From contig CDMY01000441.1 in NCBI GenBank assembly GCA_001179505.1, forward strand, positions 1 through 64,000: a DNA stretch of 64,000 nucleotides. Direction: 5' to 3'. Positions 1-11,077 of this stretch are shown piece after piece. This stretch comes from Vitrella brassicaformis CCMP3155. Taxonomy: Eukaryota; Protista; Chromerida. Position numbers and translations under genes: made by a program. Numbering within the stretch: position 1 is the first letter of the stretch; every line of letters starts with the position of its first letter. A model generated the notes under the pieces. That model saw only the letters and a list, made by a program, of their open reading frames with translations. It was not told where the DNA came from and did not search any database.

Positions 1-309
1 GATGAGGGCAGGTGGAGGGGGTTGGGTGTAGTCCGATACACGCTCGCTCATCCGAAAAGGAGGAGAAACAGCCGAGAAATCACCAACTCAATCATGGGGG
101 GTATATATACTTATGCTTGGATAACAAGAGACCTGTGTCGATATATATTATAAAGTCTGCATACATAAGATACTTACGACTAAATCCAAAAGAACAGGGA
201 GCTGTCGCACCGGCGAAGGCAGGCCAGGGGGCAGGGGGGCCCAAGTGAAAAGCACGCAGTCTCGCCAGTCGTCGTTCTCCCTCTTCCTCCCCGGTCCTTT
301 GCTGCTCCC

Positions 310-982
310 ATGGAGGTCCTTATCGCATTTGCTCTTCTTCTCGGCTTCTTTCAGCTCTCATCGATATCGTCCCCCCTCGTCCAACCTCCACTCAATCAAG
401 CATCTTCACCAATACCATCGCCCCACCGGCCGAGAGCCTTCCTCCACCAGAGCGGCAGGAGGGCCCTGGTGTCCCTTCAGTCGCTGCTGACCAGGACAGG
501 CAGCGCACTGCAATCAGAAAGGAGAGCAGCTGCGCAGCCCACAACAGCTGACTCACAAGACACTGCAGACAATGCTCTGCAGGCTCAAGACGTCACGGCT
601 TACGGCCCCATTCGTCGCAGCTACACGAAACCGGCTCACGACCGCAAGTGCATCTGCTCTCTCCCGTTCGGGGCGCGGTTTCATTGTCTGGGCGCTGAGG
701 CGTGCTTCCTCATAGCTTTTGGACTCGCTCTGTGCACCATCTTTGTGTAAGTTAGGATGGGAGAAGCACGATGGATGACTCACTCGAGTGACCGATCGGT
801 ATCTATCGGGTGTCTCTCCCTGCGTTCGTCGTGCGTGTCTCTCGTGTGTGTCTGTGGTATATGGCTGCAGGCTTCTTTTGGGTGCGGTATGCATCCACAA
901 TTACCACGAGAAGACTGTGAACGCACTGCTGGTGCCGCAGCAGGACAGCCCTCGGGACTATGTCTATGGGGCGGGGCGGTGA
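310..982 (+). CDS. Small type-I membrane protein with signal peptide (2 exons), function unknown
   Basis: Exon 310-746 joins in frame through a gtaagt...ctgcag intron to 871-982. Hydrophobic N-terminus MEVLIAFALLLGFFQ. The TM segment CFLIAFGLALCTIFV|LLLGAVCI spans the junction. Confidence 0.65.
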
Positions 983-1241
983 GTGGTTGATCAATTGGCT
1001 GGCTGTTGGCCTGGCTTCCTTGCTCTAGCTAGGCCGCGATCAAGGAGGACATGAGCGCATGAGCGCCCTGCATCGCATGGATGCATCCGTACTTGCATAA
1101 ATAGGACATACAGCATAGCATTGATCGACTGACTGACTCATTCATTGTCAGTCAATGGCCTGCAGTGCCTGTCTGTCTGTCTATCTGTCTCGGTCTGTCT
1201 ATGCACAGTCAGTCACCGCTCCCCGTCTGTCTGCGTATCAT

Positions 1242-4200
1242 CTATCTGGCATCTGACTCCAGCTGGAATGCTCCCGTCTCTTGCTCCTGCTCAGCCGGCA
1301 GCCACTGTGAGGGGTCTCCCTCCGTCTCGCTCACGATCTTCTCCAGCTCACGCCGCCGCCTGTTGCGGGTCTGACGGATCCTATACTCCTTTATCCTCGA
1401 CCGCTGCCGCATCGTCAGCCTCACGGCACGACCACCAACACTCGCACTCGCCTCGCCGTCTGTCTCCTCGCCGTCCTCATCCCATGTGCTCGCGTCATCG
1501 TCTTCTTGGGTGCTGTCGCTCTCTCCCTCTCTGTGCCGCCTCTCCTCGATATTGCGTGACTCTTTCCTTGTCCAGATGGGCGGCAGCTGCTCGGCCATCG
1601 TGACACGGGCCTCATCCAGCGGTGTCTCGGGGTAGAGGCCCTCGGTCGGAGGGGTGGGGGTGGGGGTCACATCCGCAGTCGCTGCTGTTGTGTGGTCGGG
1701 CATGAACAGGTGGAAGGCCTGGCTCTCCTCAGAGGGTCGCCTCCCTGCCCTCCTGCCGCCCCTCCTCCGGCCACCAGCGACCATGACGGTGCTCCCCGCA
1801 GCCTGCGTGTCGCCACCTGTGGGGGCAGTGTTGGCGTTGTCCGCCTCATTCGCATAGCGAACCGTCACCAGCTGCGGGAAGAACCCCTCGATCGGCGGCG
1901 GCTGTCCCAATGCTGGCTGAGCATCGTGTGTGACAGCGGATGGTGACTGGCCTCGGCTTCTCTCAGTCTCGGTGTGTCTGGGGACGTCTTCGTGTGTGGC
2001 CTTGGGGTGCTGATGTTGCTGCGAGGAGGGCTGTTCGGGTGAGGGGTGAGGGCGGGGCTGTTTATGCAGCAGTAGCTCCAGTGTGGCCTCATTGATGCCA
2101 ACGGAGTGCAGCCGCTCGCTGAGGAACGTTGCCCGCTCCTCAATCGTCGGCAGAGTCTTCCACGCATCCCACCACAAGTTGACGGCCTTGACGCCTGCAC
2201 CCACACGCGGATACGCAGCCCATTTCAATGTGGCCTGATTGTCCGTTGGCCCGCGGCTGCTTACCTTTTTTGCTGAGGTATCGATGTCTCATGATGCTGT
2301 TCCCGAGCGGCTGCTGCGTGCCGTGGTGCACCGACATGGCCGTGTGGCACAGGATGGCCACTGTGTGTGTAGATGAGTGGCCCAGGGGGATGGTCAGAGC
2401 CACGTCCAGCAGATAGCCGTCGTAGTCGTGACAACACCGCACATAGCTGCCCAGACCCAGCAACTCAAGAGCTGACCACGGGGAGAGGAGCATCGTCCGC
2501 CACTCTTCGTGTGGTTCTCTCTCTCTCTCTCTCTCTGTCTGTGTGTGTGTGTGTGTGTGTCTTTGTACCTTGTGCGACGTCTTCGGCGAATCGTTGTGGA
2601 AACTCGATCATCTGCAGATCCCAAAAATCGCCGCGGACGTAGTTCTTCCACCGCTCAAGGGCCGTAGAGTTGAGTGACGTCACAGCTGACAAAAGCACAC
2701 ACGACCGACACACAGACACACCTGTGACCTGTGTGTCGTGTGTGCGTGAGTGAGAGCCCGCCCACATACCTACCGAGGGATAGGTCACTGAGTGCGGGGA
2801 AGAGCAGGGCGCACCGGGGGTCGCCGGCCAGCTGTGACGGCTGGATGAGGGACAGCAGAGTCTCCCAGAACTGACGGTCGTAGTAGCGGGCAACCGCATA
2901 GGCCCAGCAGATGTCACACACACCGTGCGCAGTGTGCTGCTTGAGCCGCTCAAGGATGTCCACTTGAAAGACGGAGAAGATCTTGTCACCCGCACGGACC
3001 GTCGCTGCATACAAACATACGATAGATACACCCAGCAAGCAAACACACGTCACACATGTGTTCGTGCGCCACATCGGTGTGCGCACATTTCTGACCGAAT
3101 GCGAGCAGCAGTCTGGCGATCTGGTCAGCCGAGAAGTCGTTGGCCAGGTTGAGTGCCGCCTGCTGCAGCACGCCGTAAAGCTGAGGGGACCCGCTGCGCA
3201 CCGTCGAATACGCCGTCGCCTGCAATGAGTTCGTCGAAGGGCCATTGGTGCCATATATTCTTCGCCCTCGACATCATTCTGACCGTGGAGGTGATGTCGA
3301 GGGCTTCGAATCTGTTGATTGTCTTGACAATCGTCCCTGATAGATGCACATAGATACCCGATAGGAGGTGCCCACACCTCACCTTCGACACTCTCACCTT
3401 CCACAACATCGAAGAAGGACGTATCAACTCGCCACTGATCGTCCTGAAAGGGAAGAACACATTTCACTGCTGCCCCCCTGCCAGCATGTCTGCTGCCCGA
3501 GGGTACCAGTGTCCTTCCCAGCGTGTTTGCGAACGCCAGCAGTGTGTTGGAGAGCCCCTGTGGGGTCATCTTCGGATGCAGTTTGAGCGCCCGCTCCCTC
3601 AGGGCGTACCACAAAGGCGCGCTGCCAATGTCCACACGGCTGAAGCACGGCCGGCACAGCACACGTGTTCCATTACCGGAGAAAAGCGTGTTTCCGTGAT
3701 GTGTTGTTACCTGTATGCCCACACGAGCAGCGCGACTTCTTGCGCGTTGCAGAAGTGGATGTCCTTCAGCACCTTGGCTGCACGGTGGGAGGGCACATTC
3801 CATTCACAACAAACACATCGATATGGAGATGAAAGAAGAGCTGTCTGCCGACTAACCCTCGGCCTTTTCGAAGAGCTCCACGTTGCTGCCGGGCTGAACG
3901 ACAGCGAAAAGAGGCCAGCCATGCCATACGTATGGGGGCTTGCTCAGCTCAGGCGCTCACTCCACTCACCTGCCTCTTTGCCACGGCCCACAGGATGCGC
4001 ACCACCCCTACAAACACACCCTCCGTATGCAGTGAGTGCATGTGTACATGTGTGTGCTCATATGTGTGCTGCACGTGCGCACGTGTACATGTGATTTGCG
4101 CCTCGTCCATGACGCCCGGCTCCAGGTACCTCCTGGCCACCTCGTCATAGAAACTGTCCGGCGCCGCGTTCTCCAGCCGACAGTAGGACGACACTACCAG

Positions 4201-5363
4201 TGAGAGCTGTTCTGCATGAGAAGACATAGACACACGTGGACATTCGTATCTCCACCCATCCATCCATCCATCTGTGGAGCTAGGTAGCTTGGCTAACTTG
4301 GTGTGAAGGTGCTGAGCTGCTCCATGACATAAGGGACGGCATCTGCACGCACACAATGCAATGCAATGCAATCCAGCACCTACCCACAATCGGCAGCCAC
4401 CCACTCGCTCCTATCCACCCGCCCCACCTTGCAGGAACTGTCTGGGCATGAACTTGCTCTTGGAGAAGCTCTCACACAGCGACGCCATGCTGCGGCAGTC
4501 CAGCGCGCCCATCTTCTGCTGCAAAATGTGAAACGCCTCCCGACACAAAGCGGCCGAGGCCACATGTCGCTTCAGCCGCCGATAGGGGCCCTTCTCCTCC
4601 TGCCACGGCGGCGTGTTGCCTCTCGGCGAGGCGTGGGTCATGTAGGCGTGCAGGGTCGAGGCCACTTCGGGAGGCGTCATGCGCGGGAGCTCGCGAAGCA
4701 CGAAGGGCTCGCAGGACGTGAGGAAGCCACGGTCAACCTGAAGGACGGCAGAAAGGGGCGTCTCTGTGCTTCGGCTGGTGGACATGAAGTCACCTCGAGG
4801 TAGCCGATGTCATTGAGTCCCGCCAGGAGGCCCGCGAGATCGGGTGCGGCGAATCTGTCCAGCCGCCTGACGGTGTCCTGCAGCAGCTTCAGAAACGCGG
4901 CCTGGTTGAACAGCTTCTTCCTCAACCGGTGCCACGCCCTCGTCTGATGCCGATGCGGGCACTGCTCGTTGACCCGTTTCGCCATCTGCACCACCAGGTA
5001 GTGGTAGTCGACAGGCTTCAGCTGCTCGCGCCTCTCCGTGAAGAACAGCAGGATCTCCTCGAGCGAGCCCAGCCGCTCAATCAGGGGCAGCAGCTTGGAC
5101 ATCGCGTTGAAGTGGTTGACCCTCTGGATGCGGTCCGCCAGCCTTGGCGCACGGCCCTCCTTTGGATCTGTTGGCGTCGAGTGCTCGTCAACCAGCCGCG
5201 GACCGATCTTGCGGCCTTCTTGCACCGACTCGATGGGCGGCAGCAGGGCTGGCCGCACGTTGAGGTAGCTTCGGCAGTGCTGATGATGAACCATCGATGG
5301 GGAGGGGACGAGGGAGCAGGCAGGGCGATGCAGGCGACGAAAAGCACGCTCCGGCAGCATCAT
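1242..5363 (-). CDS. RAP-domain protein with helical (HPR/OPR-like) repeats, probably organelle-targeted RNA-processing factor (multi-exon)
   Basis: Spliced exons give helical repeats (MTPPEVASTLHAY, MTPQGLSNTLLAFAN, FSADQIARLLLAFGQ). The C-terminal RAP signature is YDGYLLDVAL...VAILCHTAMSVH...LGNSIMRHRYLSKKG|VKAVNLWWDAW. The Arg-rich leader starts at ATG 5363; an alternative ATG lies at 5507. Confidence 0.8.
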
Positions 5364-5479
5364 GGAGAGGCGGATCTGACTCACTGACTCATGATTTGTT
5401 TCCTCCAGCACCTCGCCATCATCTTCAGCTTCAGAGCCATCCCCAAGGCGTCCTTTGTCGAGGAAGGTCGCTGCGAGCC

Positions 5480-5488
5480 AAGCTCGCA
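5480..5488 (+). promoter_or_regulatory. Candidate promoter motif AAGCTCGCA (RAP / trigger factor divergent spacer)
   Basis: Exact 9-mer that recurs in divergent intergenic spacers. It is intergenic here only if the RAP gene starts at 5363. Confidence 0.45.
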
Positions 5489-5646
5489 AACGATGCCGAT
5501 CTCGCATCAGAATTCACAAAGGACGCATCCAACGTGTAGGCTGAAGCACCTTTGAGGCTCTCGGAGTGAAGATCGACTTCTCTGCGAGCGTCATCTTGAC
5601 TGTCGGATTGATCCATTCCGCCGCGCCTGCTGCTGTAGCTGCCGCA

Positions 5647-8345
5647 ATGGCGTTCCAATCACTAACAAGATCAGCAGCCTATCGACAGAGGTGGTCCCTC
5701 TCAGCTTTCGTCTATCTCCTTGTGCCGCTGATCTCTGCAGAGGCGCTGCGGCGGCGGCCGGCATCCCTCCCTGCAGCCTTTCTACGACCAATTCGTCGCT
5801 TGCACATGCCTGCAGCGCAACATGATGCTGCCAGCCCGCTCTCGAGGTCTCGTGTTGATGGTGCACGTTTGAGGTTACTGAGGCGGGACGTGCGTGCCTT
5901 TGGTAAGGGGTTTGGCGCGGAGGAGCCTGCGAAGAGGGAGAAGGTGAAGCGGGACAAAGCCGCATCAAGTGGATCCATTCCACGGGTACGATGACACGAC
6001 GACAAGAGGGAGGTGAGTGTACGCGATGCCTGTGTGTGTGTGTGTGTGTGTGTGTGTAGGTGGATGTGACAGTCGCGGATGGCGGCAACTCGTCTGTCGT
6101 CATGAAGTTCAATGTGCCGTCATTCCTCGTCTCAGAGGTCAGACACCCTCTCGTTTCAAGGCGAGCCCAATGGACAATGAATGCCTCATGTATGTGTCTG
6201 TCTGTCTACGTCTGTGTGTCCAGTATTACGAGCGGTCGATCAGCACGTTCCAGCAGGCCATCAACCACTTCAAGAAGACCGAGGCGCCGAGGCAGCTCGT
6301 GCTCGACAAAGTGCCCAGGGAGAGCATCATCAGGAAAATGCTCGATGTGGGCACAATCACAATCACACACACACACAGATGTACACATGGCCACATCGCC
6401 ATATTGATCCGATCGAGTGCCTGGATGGATGCGACTGCAGCTGCTTTGTGTGCAACTGGTCAAGACGGCCATCAAACAGAAAGACATCCAGGCAATCGGA
6501 GAGCCGCGACTCCTCAACGTAACCCATACCCCACCCTACCCACCAACGAGCACACACAGCCCCACCCGCCTCATTCATTGTGCATGTGTGTCATCACTCA
6601 GCCGCTGGAGGAGGTGTATTCAACCTTCGCGCCAAATGAGGGTCTCACGCTGGACATCAAGATGGATGTCTTCCCGACAGTCAAGTTTTCCAAGTCATGG
6701 CGCGACATCAAGGTGCGGGTCGCCAAGCCCCCCGTACCGCCCGACGCCGCGTGGAATGAAACCGTCAAACAGCTCAAGTGAGCACATTCCCACACGCAAA
6801 CACACCCGTGTGCACACAGGAGTCAATGTGTGTTAGGTCCATTCACGCGGTTCCTTTCGATTACGAGGACGGCAATCTGTTGCGCCGGGCCCAGTGGGGT
6901 GACATGGTGGAGGTGGAGCTGCAGGAGTGCTATGCGCGGAATGAGACAGGTGAGGTTCTGAACGAGACCATTGAAATGGGGCAGGACTACCAGAAGGTCG
7001 TGTCTGTCATCCTCGAGAAGGGATGGAACCCCATGGGCCTGTGCGAAGGTGACTCTATGACACGGAGAGAGGAGAGCCCGTTTTTGCCTTCAATGCGCTC
7101 TTTTCCTTCCCTTCATTGTCAGGTCTGATTGGCATTAAGGTCGGTGACACTCGTCCGGTCAATGTCGAGCTGCCCGCCCTGAAGCCTAGGGAAGGCTTTG
7201 TGGAGGACGAGCAGCAGCAACAGGAAGAGGGCAAGGGTGAGGGCGACGTCAAGATCAACCACGACTTCAAGGACCGCTATGAGTGGATTGAGGAGATGGG
7301 CTTGCGAGCCACCATCCCGGTGCAGATGATACTCAGATGTGTGAAGATACGCGGAAGGAAACAGCCAGAAGTAGACGGTGCGCACCGACATACACAAGCA
7401 CACACCCCCAAATCGTCCCCCCCTCTCTATGTCACACAGATGCCTTCATGCGCGAGCGAACCAACACGACGCTAGCCGAGTTCCGGTCGATGATCGATGG
7501 CCAGGTCGACGAGGAGCTTGAGAAGCGAGCAGTCAAGGCCAGGCGGGGCGCCATCCAGAATGAACTCTCCAACATAGCTGACTTCGAGATCCCCGAGACC
7601 ATGATCGACCGGCAGCTGGTAGAAATGTTCAATCGACGGCGAGAAGAAGAGAAAAGGCGGGAGGAGGAAAAGCGGAAGGAGATCGCGTTGGAGACTGGCG
7701 AGGAAGAGGAGGAGGGAGAGGAGGATGAGGTGAGTGAGGACGACGATCCCGACGCCCTGATGAACAAGTTCGCCAAGTTCAAGGAGGAGATGAGGCCGGT
7801 GGTCGTCAGGCAGGTGGCGTCGTCACTCATACTGCAGGTGGGTGGTGGGTGTGATGGGTGGGTGGGTGGCGTGACATGCTGCTATGTATCCGTTTGGCCT
7901 TTCCTGTATGTATATGTGCAGACGATCCGCGAGTCCGAGAAGATTCCCCTTGACGAAGAAACGATAAGGCGGCAGGCCAGAGAAGCGAAGGAACGGGTGA
8001 GTGAGCCCCATCCACCCATCCACACACACACAACACACACAACACACACAACACACATACACTCCATCCACCCATCCCTGTCTATGCGCGTGTGTCCGTC
8101 AGGCACCTGAGTTGGATGAGAAGATCCTGAGAGAGCGTCTGACGGCCATGCAGCTTCACGACCGAGTGCTGGACTTCATCGCGTCAACGTGCAAAGTCGA
8201 GTATTATGTCGACGAGCGGCCCACACGACTGAGGGTGCAGAGCGGCGACTACTCGATGGAGTCGGTCATCGACACCGTGCCCGGTGTGGTGCCGGGGCCG
8301 GGGAGGCTGCGGGGTGACATTGAGAAGCAGATCGTCAAGGGATGA
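5647..8345 (+). CDS. tig: Trigger factor-like chaperone with bipartite plastid-targeting leader (multi-exon)
   Basis: Signal peptide plus Arg/Ser-rich transit peptide (…PAAFLRPIRRLH). Exons read VDVTVADGGNSSVVMKFNVP, FPTVKF, FKBP-like LIGIKVGDTRPVNV and C-domain IADFEIPETMIDRQ / LHDRVLDFI. Introns are GT-AG and phases fit where checked. Confidence 0.8.
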
Positions 8346-8493
8346 GATGACCGGGTGCGGTGTGCTGTGTGGGGTGTGGCTGCTGCGTGTGAGAGATGCG
8401 ATGCGATTTTCTTGCCGCATTATCTTATCGAGGCAGGCATGTGGCTGGGTGGATGAGAGAGAGATAGGCTTTTTGCGTGTCTAGGCAGCTGAG

Positions 8494-9751
8494 CTACGGC
8501 AGGTAGGGATTGGTGGACCATTCACACAACGATGCGATGATTGAAAGCCATGGCTGGTGTATGCATGTCTCATGCCTTAGCCACACACTGCTCATCAACG
8601 TCGGAATGTCACTCCTGAAGGAAGAAAGGATAGCAGGCAGACCAGGCAATTGAATGAAAGCCCTTGTGCTGTCTCTTCGGCCACTCGCCTTAAGCACGTT
8701 GGGGCTGCAGTCTCTGTTGGCCACAACGGCTCTATACCTTCCCTCTTCCCCCTCGGTCTCGGTCGGGAAGAAGGCCTTGCACACTGTCGCCTCTTGGAAG
8801 GCGCCTTTCTCCTTCTCCACCTCCATGGTCACCAATTTGCCGGACCTTCCACCCCTCTCCTTCTGTATATATGGCAGGCACATCAGTTGTCCGTGTCTGT
8901 GTTGTGTGTCCGACTTTCTCACCATTGCAGCGCACAAGGCTTTGTGTTCGTCGGTCTCGCCCACTTGGCACATCTTGCACTGGTGGATGACGCAAGCATT
9001 CGCATCCCCCGACGTGCCCGGCTCCTTCGAGACACAGAAGTGGGCGGCGTCGGGGTCGGAAAAGTAGAACCAAGACGAGACTCCAGGCACCAGCGCCAGG
9101 AGGTGACCGCACGTGTGGACCTACAGAGAGCGGGGGGAGTTGAGGGAAGTCGGGAGACAGACGCCATCTGCATGTCTGTCTCTCCTGTTCATACCCCTGC
9201 ACACACGCACGGCTCCTGGCCTTCCTGACACAGCCCGCGGAATCCCTCCAGGACGGCGTCAGGCCCCGCCTTGTCGAAGCCTTCTGGAGGCAGGATGCAC
9301 TGAGCCCCGGATCCCCTGGGCAGCCGCCTGGTGGCTCGATGACCTTACTCTTGCGCACAGTCCCCTCTCCGTCGACAGCTACCTTGCACGCTGTTGCAAC
9401 AGACAGAGATTTGCACCTTCTCTGCAATGGAATCACCTCGAATCGCTCACGTTGAAGCCTTGTTGTCGCCCCGAGCCTCGATGAATGTGGTGACTGTCCT
9501 GGAGGGCGTCTCGCTCGCATTGCCCTAGGTGTGTGGCCATAAGTGTGTGTGATTCTGAAGGCCGCCATGACGTGGTGGGGAGAGAGGGCGATGAGCTCAT
9601 GATACGGCCCGCTTGAATGAGTGGTGTTGATGGACATGACGGGGAAGGCGGCGCCCGGTAGGAGTGCACCGGGAAGCGATGCCACTTCAGTGCAGAAGAT
9701 TGCGATGATGACAGCTGCCACCACATTCGCAGCAGCAGCGCTGAGTCGCAT
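8494..9751 (-). CDS. Secreted cysteine-rich protein, unknown function (exon model partly uncertain)
   Basis: Signal peptide MRLSAAAANVVAAVIIAIFCTEVAS. High-GC3 exons give QCILPPEGF...LCQEGQEPCVCAG|VHTCGHLL...HFCVSK...ACVIHQCKMCQ. The 3' end and internal junctions are not certain. Confidence 0.5.
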
Positions 9752-9846
9752 TTTGCCGATATTTGCCGAACCGAGACGCAGCCGCCCCCATCATGGCCGC
9801 GCCTCCGATCCTCGCCGATCGAAGGATCGGCGCTTGTTATTGCACC

Positions 9847-10642
9847 ATGGCGTCCGTGTATTTTGCTTTTGTAGTGCTCCCTCTCATCGTTCCCTTTATC
9901 CACATCAGCGAAGCCCACATCGACAGGGCCCACTTCGCGCCCATCATCGACGGCCTCACGAAACACAGCGGTGAAAGATCCCTCCATGGCACGACCCGCA
10001 CGGCCATCGTCTGCTCTCCTCCCCATCTGTGTATTCTCCGTCAGGTGGAGAGGCCTCATTTCTGGACAGGCAGCTTCAGGCCGAATTTGAGGATGACGAG
10101 CTTAACCAGCCCCTCATTGACGAGCTTACGGACTACTCTCAGCTTTGTTAGCCTTCTATCGAGCTTTTGTCCACAGATGCAGATGCAAATTCATCCCATC
10201 TGTGTGTGCAGACTGCTACGTGCGCAATCAGGCCGGCACTTTCGTCAACGAGGTGTGCGCTGGCAGAATCACCTTTCACAAGTGTGAGCCCCTACGGTAT
10301 GAGCTACGACGAGGACACCCAGTGCTGCGTCTACTACGCCAGAGAGTGCCCTGGGAGCGTCGTGATGGTGCCCAGATTGGTATATATCGACAGTGTCACA
10401 TTACAGCACGCGCCCATTGTATGTATCGTTGGTGTTGTTACTCGCCCAGCTGCCACCTTACAAGGGGACACTCAAGCAAGGACGCTGCACCGTGCAGGGA
10501 TTGATGGGCCCGTGGTGAGGGGTGTCTTAGAGTTGACACCACACGCACCGCATGCATCAGTTCACTCATGGATTGATCTGCTGGTTCTTGTGTCAGGTAC
10601 ACAGAGATGAGCTGCCAAGACCCCCGATTCCCCCCCTTCTGA
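9847..10642 (+). CDS. Secreted cysteine-rich protein with possible chitin-binding (CBM14/peritrophin-A)-like module
   Basis: Signal peptide MASVYFAFVVLPLIVPFIHISEA. Exon 1 9847-9970 and exon 2 from 10045 are in phase. The later module reads PYGMSYDEDTQCCVYYARECP...GRC...MSCQDPRFPPF*. The frame of exon 3 is ambiguous. Confidence 0.55.
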
Positions 10643-11077
10643 AACACACACTGGGTATTTATTGAACTTTTTTGAACTCGCATACACGCACAGCACACTT
10701 GTAAGTTACCTAAGGGCAAACCTGTGGCTGCCTGGCCAGGCTGATCCGGCAAGAAGGAAAGGATCCGATCGATGATGTGCTGTTTTCGGTTTTGCCGGCC
10801 TTCTGGTGGGTGGGCGGGAGAGACAGGTATGTATGTATGTAGTTATACGTTTCTATGTATCTGGATGGGAGAGACAGACCTGCAGCGCAGTAAATGAAAG
10901 GAATCTCATTGATTGCACTCAGTCTGTCTATACATCTCACACACGTCAGTCACATGCACGGTGGTATGTCAGGGTGTTTACAATCAATACCTACGACTCT
11001 CACTCTCACCTAAATGGCTGACCCCCACCCCATACACCACACAAGTTCCATGCATGCATTGCGTCGAAAAAACGCAT

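Noticed and set aside
85-205. AT-rich patch with TATA-like gtatatatac / tatatattataaag
   Set aside because: Short, with no terminal repeats or second copy. It may be promoter DNA of the 310 gene but nothing more can be supported.
2465-3803. Long ORFs such as 2655-3803 and many others containing HTHT/CVCV/RERE runs
   Set aside because: They read through (CA)n/(GT)n/(GA)n introns. Only parts are real exons of spliced genes.
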